Of a DNA stretch of 64,000 nucleotides, positions 62,795-64,000 are shown piece after piece. Both the position numbers and the translations under genes were made by a program. The stretch is from NCBI GenBank assembly GCA_964016885.1, contig OZ024740.1:250728001-250792000 (forward strand), written 5' to 3'. This stretch comes from Eledone cirrhosa (lineage: Eukaryota). Below the pieces are notes generated by a model that worked only from the letters and a program-made list of their open reading frames with translations, was not told where the DNA came from and searched no databases. Positions within the stretch are counted from its first letter, which is position 1, and the number at the start of each line of letters is the position of its first letter.

Positions 62795-64000
62795 GGTAGG
62801 TCTAGAGATCGCTACCCGCCTGTTTCTGCGTCAATCGATCATCAATACATAGTTATAACCAGTCAATTCATCAGAGCTAGCGAGAATGAAGGGAATACAC
62901 AGGCATGGCTTCTATATATAGTAGTGGCATTCAATCAGAACAATAACAACAATACTAATAATGCTAGCAATAAATTAGTTGAAATAATCACAACATCAAT
63001 CTAAGTAAGACATAGAGTATACTTATGACTTAAGCATGTAAAACGAGCTGATATGAGGCAGATGTATGAAATTGACATGTAAAAGCTGTCGTGGGGTGTA
63101 TTATATATAGTGTAGAGATAAGCCGGGGCTTGAAACAATGTACCATTTCCTTTACCGTAGGTTTGGTGACCATAAGAATTATTTATTATCTGACAGATAA
63201 AATATTTTTCATTGTAGTGAGGATAGTAATTGTTGTGGTGTGAAGTGGATTCAATATTTAGGTGGTCTATATTAGATGAAGGGATTGTTAGTTCGAATCA
63301 TGGGGTTGTTTAGCTTTCACATCATCAATAACATACATGTATAAAATAACAATAACAGAGTAGCAATATAATAGGTAAATTAATACAGAGGTTAAGGAGG
63401 CAATATATATATATAGAGAGAAAACATGCTGGCTACAATTATAACAACAGGAGGAAGGTGATGTTTTACTGTGGTAGTATTCTGATAATGTACTTGGATT
63501 TAGGTTCATCTATTGAGAATCAAGGGTGAGGAAGTTGTGTTGACAGCAGCTGAGAAGAGATATATTTATGGGTTGATAAGATATTTGCAGACATTACTGT
63601 GGTGTAGAATTAAGAAGGCTAGAATTTGCTTAATGAATATTATAGTTCTGTGGTGGTCTGTGTAATAGTGTGGATTTCATATGTTGAATGCTAAGTTATG
63701 TTGGTTCGATTCACGGTGGCTTAAATCTTGTGAATTTAATGGCGATCCTGTGTCTGCAGAAAACTGATCTTTCTATCTTGTTGTTGCGTAGCCTTTTTTC
63801 ATTCCTAAGGATATACAGTAATTCAAGATCGCAGAGCCTACAATAGGACATACCGGTACTATATGCCCTTGCGGCCGACAACCTCGACCAGTTGATATTG
63901 TAGTTGATGTTATTGTCCTTAAGTTCCCTTAATGGTTATAACTATGTATTGATGATCGATTGACGCAGAAACAGGCGGGTAGCGATCTCTAGACCTACCA
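62795..64000 (-). mobile_element. Penelope-like element 3' fragment; continues off the right edge
   Basis: Minus-strand ELKDNNINYNINWSRLSAARAYSTGMSYCRLCDLELLYI (63810-63930) is a GIY-YIG C-terminus like that at 40990-41110. 62795-62861 is the reverse complement of 63933-64000. Confidence 0.8.

Overview
Eukaryotic repeat-saturated DNA. The tRNA-derived SINE and the microsatellite spectrum suggest a mollusc, probably a cephalopod such as Octopus (inference). I found no host gene exon. From left to right: (1) 1-2 kb, a decayed Helitron Rep N-terminus. (2) 3-31 kb, an array of APE-type Tx1-clade LINEs and RLE-type R4/Dong-clade elements joined mostly through (TAA)n/(ATT)n tracts. Across those tracts the two families lie in opposite orientations, and one Dong copy has a 1082-codon uninterrupted ORF. 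(3) 33-54 kb, a (TA)n/(TATG)n field with several Penelope-like elements forming fold-back inverted repeats with hammerhead ribozyme motifs, an RLE family sitting in (CATA)n tracts, and a 610-bp non-coding repeat. (4) 54-57 kb, a decayed Vingi/Ingi-like LINE whose first nucleotide starts a nearly perfect HDV-like ribozyme fold. (5) 58-61.6 kb, a non-autonomous LTR element whose 5' LTR is interrupted by an antisense Ty3/Gypsy gag-pol fragment. (6) A final Penelope fragment. Best leads: a conserved GT-AG intron-like segment retained in the Dong 5' UTR, the antiparallel Dong/Tx1 sharing of one microsatellite target, the (CATA)n-associated RLE family, and the ribozymes. All coordinates and alignments were read by eye and may be off by a few bases.
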